Numbered from the stretch's first letter, positions 41,516 through 52,246 are shown. The stretch is DNA of 64,000 bases from an uncultured Desulfarculus sp. (GCA_963665125.2 CAXXUK010000001.1:3104001-3168000), one strand, 5' to 3'. The notes: generated by a model not told the origin, from the sequence alone. Numbers and translations are program-made.

Positions 41516-43561
41516 ATGGTCAAAGATTTAGCGCGGATAGTGGCCAGACTGATCACCACCCAGGGCGGCCGTCCGCTGGCCGGGGTTGACGTGGGCGGCC
41601 AATTCCGGCCCGGCGCCCTGGAGGCCGACGAGGCGGTGATGTCCTTGAACGCCGCGTTTTTATTGGCCATGGCCGGGGACCACGGGGCCATGGACCACCT
41701 GCGCGCCACCGCCGACGACCCGGACCTGGGCGATGTGGCCAGGTTCCTGATGGGCGGCATGGCCGAGATCGCCGCCGAACTCAAGGCCTGCGCCGATTCG
41801 GGCATGCCTCTGGCCCGTGACCTGGCCGATTGCCGCGCCGCCCTGCAAAACCAGACCGAGCCCGGCCCCAAGGCGTTGGAAGCCTTGTGGAAGGTGTTTT
41901 TCCCCGAAGGGCTGGCCGCCCTGGGCGACCGGGCCGGGGCCGTGGGAAAGCTGCGCCAGGCCCGGCGGATCAAGCTGACCAGGCTCAACCCCGAACCAAT
42001 CGCCGATCCCCTGGGGCAGGTGCTGTTCAGCTCGAACATCCTGCTGGGCCCGCCCCTGCTAGGCGCAGATCTCTCCGGGCTGGCCCAGGACAACGCCTTC
42101 AAGCTGCGGCTCACGGAGGCCGCCGCCGAGCCCCAACTCTATTGGTATGACCATCCCATCCCCGTGGGCATCGCCCCGGAGAGCAACGAGATAATCCACG
42201 GACTGAAGGGCCTGGCCCAGGCGGCCGCTTTCGAGCGCCAGCGCCATCCCCAGTGGGGCGATGCGCCATTAAAGTGCGTGCTTTCAGTTTCCGTGACCCA
42301 CGCGGGCCTGCGCGGTCTGGCCCACCAATATCTAAATCAGGAACTCAGACAGGCCCAGGGTCTGGACGGCCTGGAGGTATATCTATTCACCGAAGCCGAC
42401 ACGGATAGGCTCAAGCAAGAGGTGATCTTCCCGGCCGTGGCCCGCTATTTCCCGGAAACCGGGGTGGACCACCTGGACGACGTGCTGGGCGTGGACGGCG
42501 AATACGGCCGTCATTACAGCTTTTTAAAGGCCGTCAGCGCCTGGTGGTCGGTGATGATCGACACTGGCGTCAAGGGCACCTTCAAGATCGACCTGGACCA
42601 GGTCTTCCCCCAGCGGGAGCTGGTTTCCCAGACCGGCCAAAGCGCCCTGGAGCACCTGTGCACGCCGCTTTGGGGCGCCACGGGCCGGGACAGCGGCGGC
42701 GAGGAAGTGGATCTGGGGCTGATTGCCGGAGCCCTGGTCAACCAAAAGGACATCGGCCGGGGCCTGTTCACGCCCGACGTGCCCTGGCCCGGCGGCCGGC
42801 CCTCGGGCGACCAGTGCCTGTTTTACAGCACCCTGCCCCAGGCCCTGTCCACCGAGGCCGAGATGATGACCCGCTACGACGGCGGAGTCTTTGACGGCAA
42901 GGGCTCTTGCATCCAACGCATCCACGTCACCGGCGGCACCAACGGCATCCTGGTTGACGCCCTGCGGCGGCACCGGCCCTTCACGCCCACGTTCATTGGC
43001 CGGGCCGAGGACCAGGCCTATATCATGAGCGTGCTCCACGGCGATGGCCCCAGCCTGCGTTATGCGCACAAGCCGGGGCTGATCATGCGCCACGACAAGG
43101 AGGCCCTGACCCCGGAGACCATCAAGGCGGCCAAAGTGGGCAAGATGATCGGCGACTACGTGCGCATCCTCTGGTTCAGCCAATACGGCCGGTCCTTGCC
43201 CTGGCCCCTGGAGGCGGTCAAAGCGGCCATTGATCCATTTACCGGCTGTTTTGTCTCCCGCCTGCCCCAGACCGTGGTGCACCTGCGTCTGGCCCTCAAG
43301 GCCGCCGCCATGCACGCCGCCGAAGACACGGCCCAGGCCGCCGAGTTGCTGCGCATGGGCGCAGAACGCCTGGCCAAAGTAATCTCCCTGCTGCGCAGCG
43401 ACCCTGATTTATTAAGGGGCAAGTACCAACGCGAGCGCAGCGCCTGGGGCCTGTTCTACGACGTGCTGGAGCGCCTGGAGCGGGGCCTGGCCCAGGGCGA
43501 CGCCTTTGCCGGGGAAATGGCCGCCCGTTCCAGGGCCCTGGCCGACGCCTGCCGGGTGTGA
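41516..43561 (+). CDS. Large hypothetical protein, possible GT-A-fold enzyme
   Basis: Long ORF with host-like codon use; start set behind GGAGG; FKIDLDQ (DxD), GGTNG and RAEDQAY motifs. Confidence 0.75.
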   Translation: MVKDLARIVARLITTQGGRPLAGVDVGGQFRPGALEADEAVMSLNAAFLLAMAGDHGAMDHLRATADDPDLGDVARFLMGGMAEIAAELKACADSGMPLARDLADCRAALQNQTEPGPKALEALWKVFFPEGLAALGDRAGAVGKLRQARRIKLTRLNPEPIADPLGQVLFSSNILLGPPLLGADLSGLAQDNAFKLRLTEAAAEPQLYWYDHPIPVGIAPESNEIIHGLKGLAQAAAFERQRHPQWGDAPLKCVLSVSVTHAGLRGLAHQYLNQELRQAQGLDGLEVYLFTEADTDRLKQEVIFPAVARYFPETGVDHLDDVLGVDGEYGRHYSFLKAVSAWWSVMIDTGVKGTFKIDLDQVFPQRELVSQTGQSALEHLCTPLWGATGRDSGGEEVDLGLIAGALVNQKDIGRGLFTPDVPWPGGRPSGDQCLFYSTLPQALSTEAEMMTRYDGGVFDGKGSCIQRIHVTGGTNGILVDALRRHRPFTPTFIGRAEDQAYIMSVLHGDGPSLRYAHKPGLIMRHDKEALTPETIKAAKVGKMIGDYVRILWFSQYGRSLPWPLEAVKAAIDPFTGCFVSRLPQTVVHLRLALKAAAMHAAEDTAQAAELLRMGAERLAKVISLLRSDPDLLRGKYQRERSAWGLFYDVLERLERGLAQGDAFAGEMAARSRALADACRV

Positions 43562-43661
43562 CGCAATCAAGTCTCTTGAACTGAATGGTTCGTCTGTGAT
43601 AAATCTTTTTCACGCTGGCCGAACGGCCGTTCTATATTACCGAAAGGATGGAGCTGTACTC

Positions 43662-44423
43662 ATGGGTGAGATCAAGTATGGCCTGAAGGATAAGGTGGCC
43701 CTGGTCACCGGCGGCAGCCGGGGCATCGGCCTGGGCCTGGCCAAGTTTTTAAGCGAAGAAGGCGCCAAGGTCATCATCTGCGGCCGCAAGGCCGAAGCCC
43801 TGGAGGCTGCGGCCAAGGAGTTGGGCGCAACGGCCATTGCCTGCCACATCGCCAAGGAAGACCAGGTCGAGGCCATGTTTGCCGAAATCAAGAATAAATT
43901 CGGCCGCCTGGACATCCTGCTCAATAACGTGGGCATGAACCTGATGACGCCCCAGGTGGCCGATCTGGACTATGGCCTGTGGACCAAGATCATGCAGAGC
44001 AACCTGGACGGCACCTTCCTGGTCAGCCGCAAGGCCGCGGGCCTGATGCGCGAACAGGGCAGCGGCAAGATCGTCAGCATCAGCTCCGTGGCCGCCCGCA
44101 TCTCCACCCCGGCCATGGGAATTTACGGCGTGGCCAAGGCGGCCATCGAGATGCTGACCAAGGTCCTGGCAACCGAGCTGGCCGCCAGCAACGTGCAGGT
44201 CAACGCCGTGGCCCCGGCCATGGTCAAGACCGACTTCAGCGCGCCGTTCTGGGGCAACGACGACCTGCGGGGCAAGATCGAGGCCACCATCCCCCTGGGC
44301 CGCATCGCCGAGGTGGAAGACGTGGTCCATCCTGCCCTGTTCCTGTGCTCCGACGGGGCCAAGTTCATCACCGGTCAGACCATCATCGTCGACGGCGGCA
44401 GCACGGTGATGCAGCCCTTGTAA
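43662..44423 (+). CDS. Short-chain dehydrogenase/reductase
   Basis: TGGSRGIG, NNVG, YGVAK (YxxxK) and ITGQTIIVDGG motifs. Confidence 0.95.
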   Translation: MGEIKYGLKDKVALVTGGSRGIGLGLAKFLSEEGAKVIICGRKAEALEAAAKELGATAIACHIAKEDQVEAMFAEIKNKFGRLDILLNNVGMNLMTPQVADLDYGLWTKIMQSNLDGTFLVSRKAAGLMREQGSGKIVSISSVAARISTPAMGIYGVAKAAIEMLTKVLATELAASNVQVNAVAPAMVKTDFSAPFWGNDDLRGKIEATIPLGRIAEVEDVVHPALFLCSDGAKFITGQTIIVDGGSTVMQPL

Positions 44424-44477
44424 AGACAAGACTTGTTTGAAAGGCCCCTGGTGCGGACATGCACCGGGGGTTTTGTT

Positions 44478-45572
44478 TTATAGCTGATGCACGGATCCGG
44501 GATTGACGGCCATCAAGGTCTCCAGGTCGTCAATAAGGTTTTCGAGAAGCTGTTGGCCGGTCAGGCCGCCGGTATAGTCCTGGCTTGAAGATACGCCGGA
44601 CCACAGGCTGGCCAGCCCCTGCAGGTATGAGGAATTGTTTTGGATGTTCGCGGTGTATTCCTCCAGGATCCGCATCACCCCGCCGTCGCCCTCGAGGGCC
44701 TCGTCAAGATCATCCTGCAGGCTCTGCGCCTCGGCGATTATCTCTTCCAGTTCAGCCAACTCCGCGTAGGTGGCCACGGCCCCGGCCTCTTCATAAACCT
44801 GGGCCAGCTGTATCTCCAGTTCGGCGAGTTCGCCGGTTTCGTCTTCAGCGCCGCCCAGTGCTTCCAGTAATTGCTCGATCTCGTCTTCCAGCTCATCGGC
44901 CTGGGCTTGCAGTTCCGGATCGGCGGCCAAACGGTCCTCGATATCTTGGTTTATTGCATCGGCCCGCGCCATCAACTCATCCAGAGCCGCGGTCAATGAA
45001 TTGATTTCGTTCCTGTCAATGCCGTACAGCTTGTCCAGCCTTGCCTGCAGGGCGTCCAGCTCTTTTTGTTCCGCCTTGGTGGGGTACAGACCGGCCTCCT
45101 CGTACAGGGCCGTAAGTTGCTCGTTCAATTCCGTGAGAGCTTCCTCTTCCTCAACGCTAAGGTATGAGCCCGCCGCTTCCACCGCATCCGCGAGTTCAGC
45201 TTCCAGCTCTTCGATTTGCTCCTGCAAATCATCAGGAATGATATTGGCCCTTTGGTTGATCTGTTGCCAGATCGAATCGACTTCCTCGAGCAGTTCGCTC
45301 TCCTCGCGGCTCAGGGCCGCCACCAGGGAGGTTGTCATCTTGGTCAGCATAAAGCTGTCCGTGTCGAACAGGTCCGACGTGGAACTGTCGCTTTGATCCC
45401 ACACGCCGGAGCCGGAAAGCAGGCTGGACAGCTTGACGCCGATGCCCGAAAGGTCGGAACTGTCTGAAAGCAGTGACGACAAGGTCGGGGTGCCGGTGCT
45501 GGAGGTGCTGGTACTGGTGGTTGAAGAGCTGTAGTAGCTGAGCAGGCTCTGGGAATTGATGGAATTAATCAC
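44478..45572 (-). CDS. Acidic coiled-coil hypothetical protein with Ser/Thr-rich N-terminus
   Basis: GTG start behind GGAGG; SSSTTSTSTSS tract, then E/L/A-rich helices; no Sec signal peptide. Confidence 0.75.
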   Translation of the reverse strand: MINSINSQSLLSYYSSSTTSTSTSSTGTPTLSSLLSDSSDLSGIGVKLSSLLSGSGVWDQSDSSTSDLFDTDSFMLTKMTTSLVAALSREESELLEEVDSIWQQINQRANIIPDDLQEQIEELEAELADAVEAAGSYLSVEEEEALTELNEQLTALYEEAGLYPTKAEQKELDALQARLDKLYGIDRNEINSLTAALDELMARADAINQDIEDRLAADPELQAQADELEDEIEQLLEALGGAEDETGELAELEIQLAQVYEEAGAVATYAELAELEEIIAEAQSLQDDLDEALEGDGGVMRILEEYTANIQNNSSYLQGLASLWSGVSSSQDYTGGLTGQQLLENLIDDLETLMAVNPGSVHQL

Positions 45573-45631
45573 CCGGACCTCCAATCCAAGGTTCGTGATA
45601 GCCAAAATTACGCAAAATTGCCCCAATCAAT

Positions 45632-45647
45632 TGCAAAACATATGCCT
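45632..45647 (-). promoter_or_regulatory. Sigma-54 promoter for the 44478-45572 gene
   Basis: AGGCATATGTTTTGCA (GG-N10-GC with TTGCA); IHF-like AATCAATAGATAA at about 45675-45687. Confidence 0.6.
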
Positions 45648-45779
45648 TTCAGGCGCATCGGCCCAACCATTGAAAATCAATAGATAAAGCCGATTCAGGC
45701 ACCAAAGGGCAGGCAGGCAAGGCATGCATGGTGCTGCAAAATTTGCCTTCTGGGGGTGTTTTTTTGCTATGTTCCGGTC

Positions 45780-46343
45780 ATGGACGAAGCACTCAAAGCC
45801 AAGGTGGCGCGCGTGGTGGCCGAGGAGGTTGAGCTGGCCCCCTATGACCCTGCCTGGCCGGAGATGTTCCGGGCTGAGAAGAACCATCTGCGCTCCTGCC
45901 TACCCGGCGATGTCATCGGCCGCATCGAGCATTTCGGTTCCACGGCCGTGCCGGGGCTCATGGCCAAACCGATCATCGACATGCTGGTGGAGACGCCCAG
46001 CCTGGAAAAGGCCCGCCAGGTCATTCCGCCGATCCTGGAAGCCCAGGGCTATGATTATTTCTGGCGGCCCACCTGGGGCGATGACGTCGGCCCGTTTTAC
46101 TGCTGGTTCATCAAGCGTGACACCGCGGGCAACCGCACCCACCACATCCATGTTGTCGAGCCCCATTTCGAGCACTGGCGGCGGCTCCAGTTCCGGGATT
46201 ATCTGACAAACCATCCCGCGACGGCCCGGGCCTACGCGGCCTTGAAAAGAAAATTGGCCGCGGATCACAAGGCCGATCGGGTGGCCTACACCCAAGCCAA
46301 GGGCCAATTCATCCGCCGGGTCATGAACAAGTCGGCCGGGTGA
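45780..46343 (+). CDS. GrpB / UPF0157 family nucleotidyltransferase-fold protein
   Basis: YDPAWP, IEHFGSTAVPGLMAKPIID, FRDYL and YT.AK motifs. Confidence 0.92.
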   Translation: MDEALKAKVARVVAEEVELAPYDPAWPEMFRAEKNHLRSCLPGDVIGRIEHFGSTAVPGLMAKPIIDMLVETPSLEKARQVIPPILEAQGYDYFWRPTWGDDVGPFYCWFIKRDTAGNRTHHIHVVEPHFEHWRRLQFRDYLTNHPATARAYAALKRKLAADHKADRVAYTQAKGQFIRRVMNKSAG

Positions 46344-46486
46344 TTCAGCGGAACACACGCCAAAAAAATCACACCCTGGGAAAAACGTGCCAGATGTCTT
46401 CGCCGAAGCTGAACCTAAAATTGCCATTTCCCCCGGATTCGTGATAGATGTGTATGCTATCTCCTTACTAACGAGGTAATGGGCGG

Positions 46487-47821
46487 ATGCGGCTAACCCT
46501 GTGGCTGTGGACATTGCTTACCGGCTCGCGCTTCAAGGCCATGCGCCACGAAGGCTACAGGTATATGCGCAACGAGATGCCCAACGAGGCCCTGGACGCA
46601 TTTCGGGCCTTGGTCAAGGGATGGCCCGACCAGCCCGACGGCTACATGGGCATGTCCGAGGTCTACGTTAAGATGGGCCTGCGTCTGGAGGCCGTCCGGG
46701 AAAAAACCATCGGCCAGGGCCTGGCCAAGCTGGCCGGCCAGCCAGACGATGTCACGACCCGCATGGAGGTGGCCGAGGCCCTGCTGGAAAAGGACATGCC
46801 GGATTGGGCCGCTTCGCACATTGAGATCGCCCGCAAGAAAAGGCCAGAAGACCCGTATATCCTGCGCCTGGCCGCCAGGGCCCATCGCCGCAACAACAAC
46901 CACCGCAAGGCCGTGGGCGCCCTGCGCGAGGCTCTGCGCCTGAATCCCTTGGACGCCGAACTCTATGACAATCTCACCGCAAGCCTGCGGGCCGTGGGTC
47001 AACACACCGAGGCTGCCCGCATAGGCTCATTGGGCGAGGCCCTGACAAACCTTAACGGCGACCCCACCAACTCTTTGAATATAACCGCGGCCGTGCGCCA
47101 ATTCATGACCGCGGGCTATCTGCGCTTGGCTCTGGAGATCGTGGACCGCTGCATCGTACAGGGCGCAGACGACGCCAAGGTCCATCTGCTCAGGGCCAGC
47201 CTGATGCTCGAAGACCGGGACCCCAAAGAGGCCCTGGCCTCATTGGCCAAAGCGGTGGAACGCGACCCCCTGAACATCGAGGTTCACAGGCTGCTGGCCG
47301 AGGTCAACCAGATCACCGGCAATACCAAACGGGCCGACTATCACCGGGAAGTCGTAAAGACCTTGGTCCAGGCCAATCTGGCCAAGGAACCCGCCGCAGC
47401 GGCCATTCTTCACATAGAGGTCCTGCTGGGCCTGGAGCAGATCGACAGGGCCGAGGCAATCGCCCAGCGGATGGCCAAAACCCAGCCTGACAATTGGCGC
47501 ACGTTCCTGGCCGGGGGCATGGTGGCCCGGCACAAGGGCGACCTCAAACAAGCCTTGACGCTGGTCAAGAAGGCCCTGGAGCGCAACAGCACCAATCCCG
47601 CCGCCCATCTTGAAATGGCCTATATCCACTCGGCCGCCGGAGCAAAACTCGAGGCAGTGGGCAAGGCCCGCGACGCCGTGAAAATGGCCCCCCGCGATGC
47701 CGATATCAGGCGCAAGGTCGCGGCTGTCATGCGCAAACACGGCTTCATGGACATGGCCATCGAGGAAGAGGAACTGGCCGATTCCCTGGAAAAGGGCAAG
47801 AGCAAAGAGGACAAAGATTAG
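46487..47821 (+). CDS. Tetratricopeptide repeat protein
   Basis: Repeated A..L.P TPR-like helical motifs. Confidence 0.8.
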   Translation: MRLTLWLWTLLTGSRFKAMRHEGYRYMRNEMPNEALDAFRALVKGWPDQPDGYMGMSEVYVKMGLRLEAVREKTIGQGLAKLAGQPDDVTTRMEVAEALLEKDMPDWAASHIEIARKKRPEDPYILRLAARAHRRNNNHRKAVGALREALRLNPLDAELYDNLTASLRAVGQHTEAARIGSLGEALTNLNGDPTNSLNITAAVRQFMTAGYLRLALEIVDRCIVQGADDAKVHLLRASLMLEDRDPKEALASLAKAVERDPLNIEVHRLLAEVNQITGNTKRADYHREVVKTLVQANLAKEPAAAAILHIEVLLGLEQIDRAEAIAQRMAKTQPDNWRTFLAGGMVARHKGDLKQALTLVKKALERNSTNPAAHLEMAYIHSAAGAKLEAVGKARDAVKMAPRDADIRRKVAAVMRKHGFMDMAIEEEELADSLEKGKSKEDKD

Positions 47822-48265
47822 TTCTTCCGGCCTGAGGGTCAACCGGGTTGGGAAGTTTGCATCTCCACCGGGACCGGATTGGTTATTGATGGCAAGGACG
47901 GCCGTCGACATCCCGGAGCCGAACGCGGTATTTGGTTGTTATTAGTGGCTTAGCCGAGGCACCAGAGTATGGCCGAAGACGAGCCCAAAGACCAAAAAAA
48001 CACTAGACAAACAACGATCTTTTAGTTTACACATAATTCGGCGGCGCCGCCAAGCCATGGGCTGCGCCGCCGACAGCCGTTTGTAAGCGGCTGCCCGATT
48101 CGAGGGAAAGCCAAGTCCGCTTCATCCCGCCCGGCCTAGCGCGAGCCGGCGTCTCAATTTTTCATCACCACAATTTAAACCGTCTTGGCCGTATGCGCGG
48201 GTATTCACTCAGCAAGCCTCCGCAGACGTTCAAGACCGCCCGACCATTCAAACAAGGGGGGAAAA

Positions 48266-48715
48266 ATGGGCAAAAACAGCGTATTGAGTTTGAGCGGCTG
48301 CTTCATGTTGGCCGTGGTGTTGGTCTGCGCCGGTTGCGGCGGCCGTCAGCCAAACCCGGTGCAGCAGTACCAGTTCGGCGACAACCAGAAATCGTGCGAA
48401 CACTTGCAGTGCGAAATCTCCGATTTGCAGGGCCAGATGACTTGCAAGATCGGGGACTGCGACAACACCACGGGCAAGAACGTGGCCCTGGGCGTCACCG
48501 GGGCCATCTTATTCTTCCCGGCATTGTTCTTCATGGATCTGAGCGACGCCGACCAGATCGAACTGGAGGCCATGCGCAACCGTTACAACGCCCTTGTGCG
48601 CATCTGTCAGGACAAAAACTGCGGCTTTGACTATGAGCAGATCGCCCAGGCCAAGCCCGAAGAGACGGTCCAGGGCACCTCGGACTTTGACGATCTTTCC
48701 GGCGGCGGCAAGTAA
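48266..48715 (+). CDS. Hypothetical Cys-rich lipoprotein
   Basis: CAGC lipobox; GCGGRQPNPV..GD..SC; internal hydrophobic segment. Confidence 0.8.
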   Translation: MGKNSVLSLSGCFMLAVVLVCAGCGGRQPNPVQQYQFGDNQKSCEHLQCEISDLQGQMTCKIGDCDNTTGKNVALGVTGAILFFPALFFMDLSDADQIELEAMRNRYNALVRICQDKNCGFDYEQIAQAKPEETVQGTSDFDDLSGGGK

Positions 48716-48787
48716 ACAAAGGAACGGGAGCGCTCCGGCAACCGGGGCGCTCCCATGTTGTTCAGCACAATAACTTATGAAACCAGC

Positions 48788-49609
48788 CTACAGATAGAGC
48801 CTGCCTTGTTTGGCTTTCAGCGTGTCCGGCGTCTCGTTGTCCATGCTCATCTTTTTGTTGAAGAAATCGCTCATGTCATTGATATGCAAGGCATCATCCG
48901 GGCAGATCTGCACGCAGCGCAGACAGCAGATGCAGGCCTTTGCGTCGGCCACGCCCTTTTCGGCGTCCATGGCCCCTGACGGGCATTCCTCCTGGCACAG
49001 CATGCACATCTGGCAGTCCTGGCCGTCCCTGGTGGGATGTTTGCTCATCATCATATGCCGGAAGGACTCGAACTGATCCAACTGATCCGCGCTGTAGGGG
49101 CCGGGATCCAGTTCTTGGACGACGGCGGCGTCTTCGCCGCTGAAGCGCTTGCATATGGCTTCGGCGTACTCACCCGCCAAATCAAGCTCCATCGACCCGG
49201 GCCTGTCGGTCATGGCCTGCCACCCGCCCAGATTGAAGGTGTGCTTGCCCGGAAAATCCGCCGAAGCCACCACCACGAAGCCGCTGTCGCGCAAAATCGC
49301 CGCCGTTGTGGAGTGGGTGGGGTGGATCTGAAACCCGCCGTAAGTAAAAAACATGGCGCATTTTTTACCCTGGCCGTCCAGGGTGGCCAGCCAATCCCGG
49401 ACCAAACGCGGTGCGCGCATGGAGTGAATTGGAGCCCCGAATACGGCGGCGTCGTATTCATCCATCGAAACCGGCGTCTCGCGGCCACCAGGCGCGGTGA
49501 TATCCCGGCCATGGACGGTGGCGCCCAATCGGGCCAGGCGTTCAGAGATGGCCCCGGCGATCTTGGCCGTGTTTCCCGTGGCGCTGAAACTGCAAACTAA
49601 GATTTTCAT
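48788..49609 (-). CDS. EFR1-type flavodoxin-ferredoxin fusion protein
   Basis: FSATGNT flavodoxin loop; CQMCMLCQEECP and CICCLRCVQICP. Confidence 0.9.
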   Translation of the reverse strand: MKILVCSFSATGNTAKIAGAISERLARLGATVHGRDITAPGGRETPVSMDEYDAAVFGAPIHSMRAPRLVRDWLATLDGQGKKCAMFFTYGGFQIHPTHSTTAAILRDSGFVVVASADFPGKHTFNLGGWQAMTDRPGSMELDLAGEYAEAICKRFSGEDAAVVQELDPGPYSADQLDQFESFRHMMMSKHPTRDGQDCQMCMLCQEECPSGAMDAEKGVADAKACICCLRCVQICPDDALHINDMSDFFNKKMSMDNETPDTLKAKQGRLYL

Positions 49610-49810
49610 GACGGTTCCTATCCGCCGAGAGGTTCGTCATCATCGTAGCATCTTAAATACCGGGGTTCCAGACCCGAAATCAGACAAAAAGCGCAACAAA
49701 ATTGCATTCATTGCCGCCAATGATTGCTGAAAAAGCCCATCCGATTGATTATCATATTGATAGGGAAACTTATTATTGGTAGACCCTTGGCTCACAAAAA
49801 GGAAGACGCT

Positions 49811-49945
49811 ATGGAAGCCTCTTGGATGATTTATTTATATGTTTCAGTGCCTTTTGGCGTCTTGCTGCTGATCGCCCACATCCTTGCAACCCGCAGCCTG
49901 AAGCGGCAGGAAGAGGCCGTTCAGAGGGCCCGCAGAGGCGAATAG
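49811..49945 (+). CDS. Small single-TM hypothetical protein (44 aa)
   Basis: ATG behind AAGGAAG; MEASWMIYLYVSVPFGVLLLIAHILATRSLKRQEE. Confidence 0.55.
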   Translation: MEASWMIYLYVSVPFGVLLLIAHILATRSLKRQEEAVQRARRGE

Positions 49946-49966
49946 CCTCGGCCGGAGTTGAAACCC

Positions 49967-50440
49967 TCAGCGGGTGCGTATGGCTATCACGCGCCCGCGT
50001 ACCGTAGTGTGGCCATCGGCCCGCACTTCGCACTCCACCACTGATTTGCGGCCGTTTTTATCGGTGACCCTGGCCGTTAGTTCCAAGTCCGGGCCCATGG
50101 GCGTGGGCAAGATGTAGTCCAGATTCAGGTTGGCCGTGACAAAGGCTATGGCCGGGCCCGCGCCGGGGGTGCGGCCCTCCGTTTCATAGGCCTCGGCCAC
50201 TGCCGTGCCTATGCAGTGGCAATCCACCACGCAGGCTAAAAGGCCTCCGTAGACAATACCGGGATAGCCCACCTGCTCCGGCGGCGGCGAAAAACGACAG
50301 ACGCCCTCGGAACCGTTCCAATGGGTGCGGATGCCCATTTCATGGGGATTGGCGTGGCCGCAACCGTAACACACAGCCAGTTCCGCCGGGGTGTGTTCCT
50401 GGATGGGGACATCATGTTGATTGGGGGCGGGGTTGGTCAT
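49967..50440 (-). CDS. PaaI-family hotdog thioesterase
   Basis: CYGCG..NP, GIVYGGLLACVVDCH and VTANLNLDY motifs. Confidence 0.9.
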   Translation of the reverse strand: MTNPAPNQHDVPIQEHTPAELAVCYGCGHANPHEMGIRTHWNGSEGVCRFSPPPEQVGYPGIVYGGLLACVVDCHCIGTAVAEAYETEGRTPGAGPAIAFVTANLNLDYILPTPMGPDLELTARVTDKNGRKSVVECEVRADGHTTVRGRVIAIRTR

Positions 50441-50987
50441 CGCTGGTGCTCCATGCAAAGTTGCCGATATCTATGGGGCCGTTGTTTTCCAGTTCCCTCG
50501 CCAGCCGGGGCAGCCAAGCCACCTCGGGCAGGCTGTGGCCATATCTGGCCAAGCCGTCGGCCGCCTTGGCCGCCAGGCTCGCCGCCGGGCCAAAGGCGCC
50601 TCGCCGGGCATGAATACAGCTGCCAACCGCCTGAACCAGGGCCTTGAAGGCCAGGCGGCGGTCGCCCTCGGCGCTTTGCCAGGCCCGTTCCAGGGCCTCG
50701 TGGGCCTCGAAAAAAAGGCCCCAGCGCCAAAGATCAAGGCCCAGATCAAGGGGCGAGGCTTGGGCGGCGGCGGGGTTGTTTTCGGCGAACCGGCGATAGA
50801 TATCCATCTGCCCCTCAACCCACTGCCGGTGGCTTTGGGGCAGCGATTTCATTTCCAGCCGGGCCAGGGCCAGGCCCGCCGGATCCGGATCGCCGTCCAT
50901 CAGGCCGTGGACGAACCAATGGCCCATGGTGTTGCGTATGTCCCGAGCCAGGCGCTGGGAATATGGATCAAATTCCGTTTGAGTCAA
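50412..50987 (-). CDS. DUF309 domain protein
   Basis: GLFFEAHEALERAW...KALVQ motif. Confidence 0.85.
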   Translation of the reverse strand: MTQTEFDPYSQRLARDIRNTMGHWFVHGLMDGDPDPAGLALARLEMKSLPQSHRQWVEGQMDIYRRFAENNPAAAQASPLDLGLDLWRWGLFFEAHEALERAWQSAEGDRRLAFKALVQAVGSCIHARRGAFGPAASLAAKAADGLARYGHSLPEVAWLPRLARELENNGPIDIGNFAWSTSDDQPRPQST

Positions 50988-51238
50988 CTGCTGCGGCCCC
51001 GGCTAAAGTGATTATTTTCACCAATAGCCCGGCGGAGCTTATGGTGGTAGACGCGCGGCCCAAGCCATGTTAGAAGGATAACAAGTAACAAGCGGCTTTC
51101 AAGCCGATATGTTTTTTCGTGACTCAGGCGGCCTAGCGGGGCCGCAAATAACGCCAAGCGCCCGGCTGGCCTGGAGGGGGCCGCTCGTCTATTTGTTGTG
51201 CGAGCACAGGCGGGACGATAAGCGAGGGAGGTTTTCAA

Positions 51239-52246
51239 ATGGTCCGCATTGGAATCAACGGCTTCGGACGTATCGGACGCCAGGTTTTCAAGGCGATCTT
51301 GGAACGGCACCCCGGTGAACTGGAAGTGGTGGCCGTCAATGATCTGTGCGATGTCGAGACCAGCGCGCATCTTTTAAAGTACGACAGCAGCTATGGTGTA
51401 TACGACAAAGAGGTCAGCGCCTCGGCGGGCCGCATCACCGTTGGCGGCAAGGACATCAAATATATCAGCAACGCTGATCCCGCCCTTATTCCCTGGGGCG
51501 ACATGGGTGTGGATATCGTGGTGGAGAGCACCGGCCGCTTCCGCACCGGCGACACCGCCTCGGCCCACATCAAGGGCGGCTGCAAGAAGGTAATCATCAG
51601 CGCTCCGGGCAAGGAGATCGACGCCACGTTCGTCATGGGCGTCAACCACGAGGACTTTGACCCGGCCAAGCACAACGTCGTGTCCAACGCTTCATGCACC
51701 ACCAACTGCCTGGCCCCGCCGGCCAAGCTGCTTCACGAGGCATTCGGCATCAAAAACGGCCTTATGACCACGGTGCACGCCTATACATCGGACCAGCGTA
51801 TTCTGGATGCCCCGCACAAGGACCTGCGCCGGGCCCGCACGGCGGGGGAAAGCATCATCCCCACCACCACCGGCGCGGCCAAGGCCGTGGCCCTGGTCAT
51901 CCCCGACCTCAAGGGCCGCTTCGACGGCATCAGCCTGCGCGTGCCCACACCCACGGTCAGCGTTGTGGACCTTACCTTTACCACGGAAAAGCCCATAACC
52001 ACCGAGGCCATGCACGAAGTGCTGATCAAGGCCGCCGAGGGTCCGCTCAAGGGCATTTTGTCCTGCGAAGCCAAGCCCCTGGTCAGCATCGACTTCAAGG
52101 GCAACCCCAACAGCTCCATCGTGGACCTGGAGTTCACCACGGCCCAGGACGGCGGGTTGGCCAAACTGATGTCCTGGTACGACAACGAGTGGGGTTATTC
52201 CTGCCGCGTCTCCGATCTGGCCGCCTACATGGGCAGCAAGATGTAG
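51239..52246 (+). CDS. gap: Type I glyceraldehyde-3-phosphate dehydrogenase
   Basis: [22 protein letters not shown] and WYDNEWGYS motifs. Confidence 0.98.
   Translation: MVRIGINGFGRIGRQVFKAILERHPGELEVVAVNDLCDVETSAHLLKYDSSYGVYDKEVSASAGRITVGGKDIKYISNADPALIPWGDMGVDIVVESTGRFRTGDTASAHIKGGCKKVIISAPGKEIDATFVMGVNHEDFDPAKHNVVSNASCTTNCLAPPAKLLHEAFGIKNGLMTTVHAYTSDQRILDAPHKDLRRARTAGESIIPTTTGAAKAVALVIPDLKGRFDGISLRVPTPTVSVVDLTFTTEKPITTEAMHEVLIKAAEGPLKGILSCEAKPLVSIDFKGNPNSSIVDLEFTTAQDGGLAKLMSWYDNEWGYSCRVSDLAAYMGSKM

Noticed and set aside
45720..45737. Plus-strand GG-N10-GC before the grpB-like gene
   Set aside because: Lacks the TTGC element; likely chance in GC-rich DNA.
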